IMG/VR virus record: IMGVR_UViG_3300028498_000052
Coordinates: 1,842-65,841 of that record
Strand: one strand, 5' to 3'
DNA from: a virus
Length of the DNA: 64,000 bases
This document shows, in pieces, positions 21,241-29,939 of the stretch; within the stretch, counting starts at the first letter, position 1, and the number at the start of each line of letters is the position of its first letter. Both the position numbers and the translations under genes were made by a program. The notes under the pieces are model-generated. The model was not told the DNA's origin and made no database searches. It saw only the letters and a program-made list of their open reading frames with translations.

Positions 21241-23765
21241 TGTCAAATACTCAAAAAAAGATCACTGCATGGTTCATATTGCTTGATGCGAAAAGCAAAC
21301 TTCTAAAAAATATTGAATATAAGGTCACAGCAGTTAACAATAATAATGAGGAGGAACACGTAGTTAAAGGTAAAACTAATAGTAAAGGTGCAACTTATGA
21401 ATTTATCAAACCAGTTAATACTGTGCTTTACCTATATATAAAAACTGGCACTAAAGACTTTGAAAAAGTTGCAAAGATACTACTACCTCAAACTAAGAGA
21501 AGCCAACTTAAAATTAGAGCTAGAGTTAGTGCGATTTTGATTGACTCAAAACTGAAGAAATATGGCAACGAAGCAGGTAGTATCAAGCGTAAAGATCATA
21601 AAATAGTTAAAGGCGATACATTGGAAAGTATAGCCAAAAAGTATAATACAGATATCACGCAGTTAAAGATTTTGAATCCAAAAATAAAAAACATTCATAA
21701 GATATTCGCAGGTGATTGGTTAAAAGTTCCAATGCAAATTGGTGATGGTGGCAAAGAGTCGGAAGATAAGTCCTCTCCATCAGTTTCGAAAAATCCGACT
21801 GCGAAAAAAAATAAAGATAATGAATCTAAAGATTCAAAGCAACCTTGGTATAAAAAAACTTGGGATAGTATTAAAGATGTTACTGATAAAGCAGATGCTG
21901 CAATTGACAAAACTGAAGAAGTCATTAAACAGAGTCAGCAAAAAATAATAAATGGAACTCTTGATGTGAAGGAACATGTAGCTGATGCAAGCGGAAAGTT
22001 ACATGGCACCCTATTTGGTGATAATACCAAGCCATTTAAGAACAATGACACGAATAACTCCTCCAAAACCGAGTCATCAGATAGTAAAAGCAAATCTAAC
22101 GAGCCACAGCTAGATATTAAGAAGGAAGTAGGTAACAACCAAAAAGGCAATCCTGCTGAACAAATTACTTATGATAGTGATACTACGGTTTACCATATTT
22201 ATCATGATGGGCATATAGAGCGTGCTAACAGGCAAGCCGTTGGGTATGCCGCATTTATCTATCACGATGAAAGTGGTTCTAAGCATTTTCTAGGAAAAAC
22301 TAAATACTTAAAAATACCACGTTACGGCGGAGGTGGCCATATATACTTGGTAAATATTGGCGGAGATAAAAAGAGCAACGGTATTGATGATAACAACCTA
22401 TCAAATATAGAAAAAGAAAAAAGGTTGTCTAAATACAGGAAAGGTAATATAGGCTACAGCATATATATGAACTCTCAGCAGTATCAGCGCTATTATCTGT
22501 CTGGAGTTGCTATGGCTACATTTTTAGGTGCTCTATGCAAATTGGGCTATGATGACATTTCTTTTAATGGAGCTAGTAAAGTTGACGGAGGCCCTGGTCC
22601 TAGTAGCAGTCATACCAATGGCAAATGTATCGATGTGAGATATCTTCGAAAAGACAGAAAAGCGCTAGAAATGATATTGAATAATCACAGCCATGACTCT
22701 CAATACGATCACGATAGAAACTTAAAACTTGTTAATACTCTCTATGAGTTTGGATGGGGTAAAAGAAAAAGACCTAACGATTCTATCGTAAAAATGCTTA
22801 GCGTATATTTCACTAACTCTCAAGCAGGGATAAATAAAAGTTATATTTTACCTCATTGCGGTCCTTATAAAGGACACGATAATCACCTTCATCTTCAGGG
22901 TTTAGTCGCGAATATAAAAGATATCGATGTTATTCACAAGACTTCTAGAAGTGAGACAGGTATATGCTCATGCAATACAGACCTCACGTTAGAACAGTTA
23001 CGAAAAATATGTACAGTAAGAGATAAATCAACTTTAGAAAGTATTTTACCTCATTTAAATAAGACTTTAAAAAACTATAAAATCACTACATGTGTAAGAA
23101 AAGCTCATTTTATAGCTCAATTAGCGCATGAATCTGCTGAATTTAAATATAACGAAGAAATTGGCACTACAGATGCTCATTATGGAGGTTATAAAGGAAG
23201 AGGATATATTCAAATATCGCTAAAAGGTGCTTACGAATCTTACGGAAAATACGTAAAGGTTAATTTCTTAGGTTCAAATAACGTTAAAATGGCACAATTG
23301 CCTTACTCTATTGATTCGGCTGGATGGTTTTGGACTAAATTTAAGTGGAAAGACCTAAATGAGTTAGCTGACAAGAATGATATTATTTGCATCAGTGCTA
23401 TCGTAAACGGTGGATTTAACGGATTTGATGATAGGTTAAAATACTTTAAACGTGGTGTCGAGAGTCTTAATTTGAAATCTTGTAAAAACTTAAATTCCAT
23501 CAACCTTACCCATTTAACTACTTTTAACTTTCCTGATAGCATGGTAACGGAAATGATTGGTGAGAGCTTTGGTTGGGGTTTATGGCATGATCCTGCTAAG
23601 AATAAAAGTGGCGTTACAAAAAGTGTAGTAGTTGCAAAAGAAGGATATGTTCACTTTATAAGACTAGCTAATAAAAAAGGTAGCTTCGGAAAAAGTGAAA
23701 AACGTTATGGATGGACATATGATGATGCTGTAAATTATGCTAAGCAAAGGGTAGATAAGTTATGA
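21240..23765 (+). CDS. T6SS peptidoglycan-hydrolase effector: delivery domain, LysM, zinc (LAS-type M15/M74-like) peptidase, GH19 lysozyme-like domain
   Basis: LysM HKIVKGDTLESIAKKYN..L..LNP; SHTNGKCID and GHDNHLHL zinc motifs; GH19 HFIAQLAHES, YKGRGYIQI, SAGWFW, NGGFNGFDDR. Confidence 0.85.
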   Translation: MSNTQKKITAWFILLDAKSKLLKNIEYKVTAVNNNNEEEHVVKGKTNSKGATYEFIKPVNTVLYLYIKTGTKDFEKVAKILLPQTKRSQLKIRARVSAILIDSKLKKYGNEAGSIKRKDHKIVKGDTLESIAKKYNTDITQLKILNPKIKNIHKIFAGDWLKVPMQIGDGGKESEDKSSPSVSKNPTAKKNKDNESKDSKQPWYKKTWDSIKDVTDKADAAIDKTEEVIKQSQQKIINGTLDVKEHVADASGKLHGTLFGDNTKPFKNNDTNNSSKTESSDSKSKSNEPQLDIKKEVGNNQKGNPAEQITYDSDTTVYHIYHDGHIERANRQAVGYAAFIYHDESGSKHFLGKTKYLKIPRYGGGGHIYLVNIGGDKKSNGIDDNNLSNIEKEKRLSKYRKGNIGYSIYMNSQQYQRYYLSGVAMATFLGALCKLGYDDISFNGASKVDGGPGPSSSHTNGKCIDVRYLRKDRKALEMILNNHSHDSQYDHDRNLKLVNTLYEFGWGKRKRPNDSIVKMLSVYFTNSQAGINKSYILPHCGPYKGHDNHLHLQGLVANIKDIDVIHKTSRSETGICSCNTDLTLEQLRKICTVRDKSTLESILPHLNKTLKNYKITTCVRKAHFIAQLAHESAEFKYNEEIGTTDAHYGGYKGRGYIQISLKGAYESYGKYVKVNFLGSNNVKMAQLPYSIDSAGWFWTKFKWKDLNELADKNDIICISAIVNGGFNGFDDRLKYFKRGVESLNLKSCKNLNSINLTHLTTFNFPDSMVTEMIGESFGWGLWHDPAKNKSGVTKSVVVAKEGYVHFIRLANKKGSFGKSEKRYGWTYDDAVNYAKQRVDKL

Positions 23766-24967
23766 TGCTAAATAAAATTTTGTTTATATTAATATCTACT
23801 TTATTGGTAGGCACAGGCTGTAATCTATCCACTGACTCTTCAGCTAATGATAGCTCATCTTCTAGTAACAACTTATCTTTTTCAATTAGCAGTCAAAATG
23901 TAAAATCAATATCCCATTCTCAAAAACCACCTGAAAAGAAATTACTATGTCTAATGGATAATAGTAAATCAATAAGTACCTACTATGATCAGAACCTTGA
24001 AGAATTAAAAATAAATGGTTATAGCACATTCACATTGGAAAGTATTAATGAGATAGAAACAAGTGAGACTCGCCCTCATGAGTTCACTCGTATATATAAG
24101 AATAAACAAGGATACATAGCAACATTAATGTCTCAAAGTTTTATTAGACGTTTAGAAATAACGAATAAAAGAAACCAAACTAAATCATATTCATTTGATT
24201 CTGGATTAGAATGCAACACTCTGCCAAATAGTAAATATTCAACCTATATAGTTAGTGTGGATAAAGCTTTCATCTATAAACAACCTTATCTTGAAAATAA
24301 GACTTCCTCGTATTTCATAGCAGGTGATGAGATTAAGGTGCTATCTACTGAAAAAAATTGGATACAAACATCTTATTTAAAAGGCTCAAAGAAAGGCTGG
24401 TTACGTCTCAACGATCTTAAAGCTCTAAAAAACTTAGACTTAACTGATGATAAAATACAAGATAGACCTGAAGAAATCCGAGCAGATAACCCTATCAGTT
24501 CCAATCGAGGGAAATATATTATAACTAAAAATGGTATTGGAAATATACCTCTTGGACAAAATTTTGATCCAAATGGATTTGAAAAGTTAGAAAGCCAATT
24601 AGAGGGTGTTGATAATTGTTTTTTAACTACTTCAAAAAAATATCCTAAATATCAACACTCTTTGTATTTTCAATTTGTCGATAATATTTTCGTAGGCGCT
24701 AGCATCAGTAGTATGGGGGACAATAAAATACCATTTGAGTCATACAATGGCATCAAGATCGGAGATACTACTGAAACTGTAATGAAGTTGCATGATAAGC
24801 CACCAGACGAAATTTTTAATAATATACATTCCGATGAGCCCATATTTATCTACTGGACTGATAGCTCTGAAAAGATAGGCCTGCGCTATGATATTTTGAG
24901 CGAAAAAGTGGTAAGTATAGGGATTCACTATAGCCCATATATTCGTTACTTTGAAGGTTGCGGTTAG
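23762..24967 (+). CDS. Putative periplasmic immunity lipoprotein with an SH3b-like domain
   Basis: 4-nt overlap with the effector stop; signal peptide ending VGTGC; SH3b-like segment FIYKQP...FIAGDEIKVL..EKNWIQTSY....KKGWL. Confidence 0.7.
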   Translation: MMLNKILFILISTLLVGTGCNLSTDSSANDSSSSSNNLSFSISSQNVKSISHSQKPPEKKLLCLMDNSKSISTYYDQNLEELKINGYSTFTLESINEIETSETRPHEFTRIYKNKQGYIATLMSQSFIRRLEITNKRNQTKSYSFDSGLECNTLPNSKYSTYIVSVDKAFIYKQPYLENKTSSYFIAGDEIKVLSTEKNWIQTSYLKGSKKGWLRLNDLKALKNLDLTDDKIQDRPEEIRADNPISSNRGKYIITKNGIGNIPLGQNFDPNGFEKLESQLEGVDNCFLTTSKKYPKYQHSLYFQFVDNIFVGASISSMGDNKIPFESYNGIKIGDTTETVMKLHDKPPDEIFNNIHSDEPIFIYWTDSSEKIGLRYDILSEKVVSIGIHYSPYIRYFEGCG

Positions 24968-25148
24968 GAGCTAAGTCACCCTACCAATAACCACTCTAAC
25001 CGAAAAAACCTCACATCTTAACGACATTGGGTTCTTCTGTTTTAAGTATAAAGCTTCCAATTTTAAATAGAAATCTTTCTTACCTAATGAAAAGCTGACT
25101 GATTGTCCTTTTCAATCTTCATCACAACTATATCCTCATAACTAAGTC

Positions 25149-25183
25149 AAAAAAAATCCGACCACCTAAGTGATCGGATTTTT
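25149..25183. terminator. Terminator hairpin beside the left ssrA 3'-end copy
   Basis: AAAAATCCGA...TCGGATTTTT. Confidence 0.7.
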
Positions 25184-25189
25184 AGTATT

Positions 25190-25211
25190 TGGTGGAGATG
25201 GCGGGAGTTGA
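25190..25211 (-). repeat. att core, copy 1: 3' end of tmRNA (ssrA)
   Basis: TGGTGGAGATGGCGGGAGTTGA is the reverse complement of TCAACTCCCGCCATCTCCACCA, the gammaproteobacterial tmRNA 3' end; repeated exactly at 28481. Confidence 0.88.
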
Positions 25212-25542
25212 TATACTGTGCTACATACATTGATATACAAGGCTTCCAGCATGAAATAAGCTCATGGTGTGTCATAGGTGTGTATGATATATTCAATATT
25301 TGTTTGCTATTATTCTAAATATTGCAGGATAATAAGGTATCTCTAGATACAAATGTTAGTACTTAGTTATTTCAAAGCAGTTTTAGCTGTTATTTATCTT
25401 CTTTAACAAATTGACTATAAAATATTAGGTCTACTAATATTTTATGATTTAAAAGAATAAGTAGTTGATTAGCTTCTCACTATCGATAGATGATATGATT
25501 TTACCCGATACTTAATAAATCTTTTTTAAAGCTAAAAACACT

Positions 25543-26793
25543 ATGACTCAAAATTATACTAATGCTGATCAAAACCAAGCAGAATCTCAAGCTATTATGA
25601 AGTCTGATAAAAATAGTAATAGCCTTACCCTAAAGGGTAAAGGTAGCTTATTGGCATTAACAAATTCTATCATTAGTTCAGCAATAGCCGCACGTAAGGC
25701 TGGTCAATTAGCAGTTGATGATAGCTGGATACAGGAAATATGGGATTGGGCAGATGAATTTGAACTAACTGAAACACAAATACCACGCAATAAAGAAGAT
25801 TTAATAAAACTAGAGTCTTTAAATATTGAAATGTGTCGCTCTGAGGACCTTGAGAACCTTTTGGAAGAGAAAAAAGAGGCAGAGGAATCTCTGAGAGTGG
25901 AAAATGAAAGACTACAAAGAGCGAGGGATATAGGACTACATATTGGTGGGATACCTCCAGAGTTTATAAAAGTACATGACCTGAATAACGAAGTAAGACG
26001 TTTGGAAAGGCTCTTATCTACCACTAATAAAATTAATTCTATACCTGTTGAACTGAGCCATCTCCAGAATCTTATAAAGATTGAACTTCAGAGGGTAGAT
26101 TCTAGTAATTTCTTAAAAAATGCCCAGTCATTTAGTAATTTAAAGACGTTAGTAGCTATGAGATGTAACGTCAGTAATTTTTTCGAGGAAATTTGTCAGC
26201 TGAAACAGTTGACTGATATTATTATTCGTGGATCAGAGATAATAAATATACCTCAGAGCATCCGTCAGCTTAGTAACCTGACTAAACTTAGTATCAATAA
26301 TTGTAAGTCAATAACAATCCATAAAGATATTCATCATCTTAGTAATTTAACCAAACTTAGTATTGATAACTGTAATTCGCTAGAAATTCCTGAAGCTATT
26401 TGTAAACTCATAAATTTAACTGAACTTAATATTACTAATTGTAATTTATCAGAAATTCCTGAAGCTATATTCCAACTCAAAAATTTAAATAAGCTTAACA
26501 TAGCAGGCAATAACATTAGTACATTACCAGAAAATATTAGCAAGTTAAAAGATCTTACTAGCCTCAATATTAGTAATAACTATATTACAACCCTACCCAC
26601 TAGCATGTGTTTGCTTGAAAGTTTAATTTCATTTCATATAGACGTTGGAATTCTTAAAGATTTACCAAATTATGGTTACAATCAAGCGTTAGAAGGATTT
26701 GATATTAAAGTTAATGCAATAAATAACCTTCCTCTAAGTCTTAAATTAATTAAAGAGCATTACTTCCATGGTGAAGAGGACCAGCCTTTCTAA
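25543..26793 (+). CDS. Leucine-rich-repeat protein
   Basis: Repeated LxxLxxLxIxxCxLxEIPxxI units; 69-bp DNA periodicity (26269/26338, 26383/26452). Confidence 0.9.
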   Translation: MTQNYTNADQNQAESQAIMKSDKNSNSLTLKGKGSLLALTNSIISSAIAARKAGQLAVDDSWIQEIWDWADEFELTETQIPRNKEDLIKLESLNIEMCRSEDLENLLEEKKEAEESLRVENERLQRARDIGLHIGGIPPEFIKVHDLNNEVRRLERLLSTTNKINSIPVELSHLQNLIKIELQRVDSSNFLKNAQSFSNLKTLVAMRCNVSNFFEEICQLKQLTDIIIRGSEIINIPQSIRQLSNLTKLSINNCKSITIHKDIHHLSNLTKLSIDNCNSLEIPEAICKLINLTELNITNCNLSEIPEAIFQLKNLNKLNIAGNNISTLPENISKLKDLTSLNISNNYITTLPTSMCLLESLISFHIDVGILKDLPNYGYNQALEGFDIKVNAINNLPLSLKLIKEHYFHGEEDQPF

Positions 26794-26862
26794 TACTACT
26801 ATAGCGATATATATAGTAAAGAAGTAAACCCCTTTTCTTAACTTTTATAATTCTTAAATTGG

Positions 26863-28224
26863 ATGAGTATGCAAACCGAAGCAATATTTGAAGACATCGC
26901 TGAGCGAATTCGCCTTGAGCTGGAGCAAGCGAAGCAAAGCATCTATATTGCTGTCGCTTGGTTTACTAATCGCACTTTATTTAACACGCTTATTGAAAAA
27001 TCAAAAGAGGGTGTCACCGTTCAGTTGATGCTATCAAACGATCACATCAATCAGCAAAGTTATGTCGACTACGACCAATTAAGTGTTGGCAACTCTGCTG
27101 CCTATCTAATCGGTGACGGTAAAACAAACCTTATGCACAATAAGTTTTGTGTGATTGACAGTGATACTGTGATTAATGGCTCTTATAACTGGAGCTATAA
27201 GGCTGAGAAAAATCATGAGAATGTACTGATTACTAAAGGCGATACCATTTTAGCTGAACAATTCATTAGTCAATTTAAGAAAATCCGCAATACCTACTTT
27301 GATCATCAAGATAGCACCCCAGACTTACCACTCGATAAAATCATCAAACGTCTCGAAATTATCAAAAACTACGTTATCCTAGAGGATATAGATGATATTA
27401 CGCGCGAAAACACCAAGCTAAAGACATACGCCTTTCAACAAGACATTGCTGCTATCACCCAAGCTTTACAACAGCATAGCTTTGATACTGCAATTACCCT
27501 CATTGACCAATTCATCAAAAACCATCATGCCTTGGTCGTCTATAAAGATATTGATGTCAAAGCTTTGAAATTAGAGATCCGCCATCTTGAACACCAACTC
27601 AATGCCTACGACAATGAGAAGATTGAATTGGATAAAATGCTTTCAGAATTTCATTACCGTCATACTAATGAGCTCGGAAGCTACATCAGCCGATTACTAC
27701 AATTACGCAAGTTATCTACCAAAGATAATCCTGAAGAGTATGCAGAAGCCGTGCAAGATGAAGAAGACTACAACGAGCAAATTGAAATTGAATCAGAAAA
27801 AATAATTTATGAGCTCGATGAGGAAGAACGCGTAGAGCTAAAGAAGACCTATCGACAAGCCAGTCAAATCTGTCACCCTGATCGTGTTAGTGAAGAGATG
27901 AAAGATATTGCACAAGAGGTTTTTATAAAACTCAACGAAGCCTATGAAAAAAATGATGTCATTGAAGTGCAAGAAATACTGGCGGAGCTAAAGCAAGGTA
28001 TGTTTAAACCTCGCTCAGAAACGGTTAGCAAATCAGAGCAGCTTAAAGCCATTGTTCAGATATTAAAACATAAGATTGAGAAAGTCGAACAAGAGATTTT
28101 TGCGATCAAAAACAGTAAAGACTATCAAACCATCAGTAGTATTAACGATTGGAATGCGTATTTTGAAGAAATAAAAGCACAACTGAAGGAAGAAATTGAT
28201 TACCTTGAGACTAATAATGTATAG
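26863..28224 (+). CDS. PLD-family (single HKD, Nuc-like) nuclease fused to a coiled coil and a DnaJ J-domain
   Basis: IAVAWFT; MHNKFCVID...INGSYNW; LKKTYRQASQICHPDRV...FIKLNEAY (HPD motif). Confidence 0.88.
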   Translation: MSMQTEAIFEDIAERIRLELEQAKQSIYIAVAWFTNRTLFNTLIEKSKEGVTVQLMLSNDHINQQSYVDYDQLSVGNSAAYLIGDGKTNLMHNKFCVIDSDTVINGSYNWSYKAEKNHENVLITKGDTILAEQFISQFKKIRNTYFDHQDSTPDLPLDKIIKRLEIIKNYVILEDIDDITRENTKLKTYAFQQDIAAITQALQQHSFDTAITLIDQFIKNHHALVVYKDIDVKALKLEIRHLEHQLNAYDNEKIELDKMLSEFHYRHTNELGSYISRLLQLRKLSTKDNPEEYAEAVQDEEDYNEQIEIESEKIIYELDEEERVELKKTYRQASQICHPDRVSEEMKDIAQEVFIKLNEAYEKNDVIEVQEILAELKQGMFKPRSETVSKSEQLKAIVQILKHKIEKVEQEIFAIKNSKDYQTISSINDWNAYFEEIKAQLKEEIDYLETNNV

Positions 28225-28393
28225 GTGATTTTATTGATTAGACGCATCTACGGTGCTAACTGAAAATATGTCTTTTTCACTAAATATTTGGCTATTTCCT
28301 GTGTGTAATCCGTGTACGTCAGGTGTGTATTATTACGATATTAATCGTTTTTTTCGTATCTATTGTCCTGAACAAAAACATATTGTAGGTAAT

Positions 28394-28430
28394 AAAAAAC
28401 CCCTCAAAGCGTTGTGCTATAAGGGGTTTT
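28394..28430. terminator. Terminator hairpin beside the second ssrA 3'-end copy
   Basis: AAAACCCCT...AGGGGTTTT. Confidence 0.7.
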
Positions 28431-28480
28431 CGCTTTTAACGTTTGTTACTATTTTATTGCTGGTTTGTTGCTTTTTGTAT

Positions 28481-28507
28481 TGGTGGAGATGGCGGGAGTT
28501 GAACCCG
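28481..28507 (-). repeat. att core, copy 2: 3' end of tmRNA; probable left boundary of the prophage
   Basis: TGGTGGAGATGGCGGGAGTTGAACCCG, followed by arm-like TGTCAA repeats (28610, 28622). Confidence 0.88.
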
Positions 28508-28636
28508 ATATCATCACATTCTATCAAACGCTATCAAATTCATACTTAGTAATATCAATGACTTACGAAAATTGAATGTGATTACGTGTGATAGTGTTTG
28601 ATGGTAGGCTGTCAAAAATCATGTCAAGAATTACGA

Positions 28637-29812
28637 CTATTGTATTTTTGCTAAAGCATTCTTATAGTTTTGACGATCTGGCTTTAACTTAATTACAGCT
28701 TCGAGCTGTGCAATTGCTTGCGATTTTTTACCAAGAGCTAAGTAAACCATTGCAAGCTCATATTTAGATTGGTATGACTCTGGCCATCTTTTTTGAATTT
28801 CTAAATGTGTTTTTACAGCTTCTTCTAACAAACCAACCTGACGAAAATAATACGCAAGACTGACATGGTGTGCTGGTATATTTGGCTCTAATGCCAAAGC
28901 AAACAATATATGATCTTTTCCTTTTTCGTAATTATTTAATCGATACAATATATTCCCCATCATATACTGACTATAAGATGAAGCAGGATACTCAGCTAAT
29001 GCTAACTCAAGAAACTGTCTGCATTTTTCATTATCTTTATTTTGATAAGCTAGCCAACCATGATAAAAATTATATGCAAACTTATCATAAGACATAGCAC
29101 GACCTGTGTCTGATAATTTTAGCGAATCACTTCCAGACATAAAGGACCAAATCAACGCCAGAAACCTGTTGCTGGAAACAAAGGTTCTTAATACAGTATG
29201 CTCATCAGCAGGAAACGTTACTACTCTCACATTTTCAAAATCTTTGACTGAGTCAGCACAATATAAGTCAACTGGATCACGTTCACCTGTATATATATGA
29301 AAAACCGCACTACTATCTTTCATTGATGATCGAATATCTGGAAAGTTGACAGGAGCACCTTTTGGCATCATTTTTGTAGAGCGGCTGCTAGGGAGTTTGA
29401 GCTCAATTTCTGGGTTGAACGCTAGTACATTGCAATTCAATGACGTGCCATAAAGCAAGGCACCGTATGCTCCCATGCTTGATCCACATGTATACATACT
29501 TGTTATATCATGAGCTTCCGCTAGCGATTTAATTGCTGCAATGGTTCCATCATGGGAGTCAGAAATGCCCGGTATGCCGCTTTGATACCAGTCATTGGTC
29601 GGAACTCGCAGAAATAATATGTTATGTGGTATTTGGTCTCTCAAGCTCCATAAGTTGAAACGGCCAGTCTTTGTTCCCGTAGCACTAAGTACTATTAACA
29701 ACTTGTTTGAGTTGGGCTTCGCGTCAAAGTAGTGTGTATCTGATGACAATGGGATTGTAGTATTTATTTCTGCATTCATTTCTATAATAGTCCTCGGTTC
29801 CGAATAACTCAT
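28637..29812 (-). CDS. Moron: alpha/beta-hydrolase + TPR protein, paralog 1
   Basis: Nucleophile elbow CGSSMGAYGA; GERDPVD; DEH; C-terminal TPR helices. Confidence 0.8.
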   Translation of the reverse strand: MSYSEPRTIIEMNAEINTTIPLSSDTHYFDAKPNSNKLLIVLSATGTKTGRFNLWSLRDQIPHNILFLRVPTNDWYQSGIPGISDSHDGTIAAIKSLAEAHDITSMYTCGSSMGAYGALLYGTSLNCNVLAFNPEIELKLPSSRSTKMMPKGAPVNFPDIRSSMKDSSAVFHIYTGERDPVDLYCADSVKDFENVRVVTFPADEHTVLRTFVSSNRFLALIWSFMSGSDSLKLSDTGRAMSYDKFAYNFYHGWLAYQNKDNEKCRQFLELALAEYPASSYSQYMMGNILYRLNNYEKGKDHILFALALEPNIPAHHVSLAYYFRQVGLLEEAVKTHLEIQKRWPESYQSKYELAMVYLALGKKSQAIAQLEAVIKLKPDRQNYKNALAKIQ

Positions 29813-29939
29813 ACATATTTTGATAGCTGTTAAATTTACAATAAATTAACGACAGTTAGGTTTGATGTCTAAATTCAACTGTCGTCATTACACAACCAAC
29901 TTAGAACTCTGAGAGTGTATTGTAATAATTATTCGTCAT

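Larger units (their letters stand above)
25190..28507. mobile_element. Integrase-less genomic islet integrated at the ssrA 3' end
   Basis: Direct 22-bp att repeats 3291 bp apart; AGGTGTGTAT arm-like repeats at both ends (25276-85, 28321-30); only two cargo genes. Confidence 0.75.

Noticed and set aside
25190-25211. Calling the att copies functional tRNA or tmRNA genes
   Set aside because: Only 22-27 nt of the 3' end are present; the adjacent sequence cannot form the rest of the RNA
28253-28549. 98-aa ORF as a third islet gene
   Set aside because: Spans arm repeats, terminator and att core; WWRWRELNP is simply the tmRNA end translated
29851-29883. GACAGTT...AACTGTC inverted repeat between paralogs 1 and 2 as a MITE or IS end
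   Set aside because: Short stem, no target-site duplication, no second copy seen; more likely a terminator
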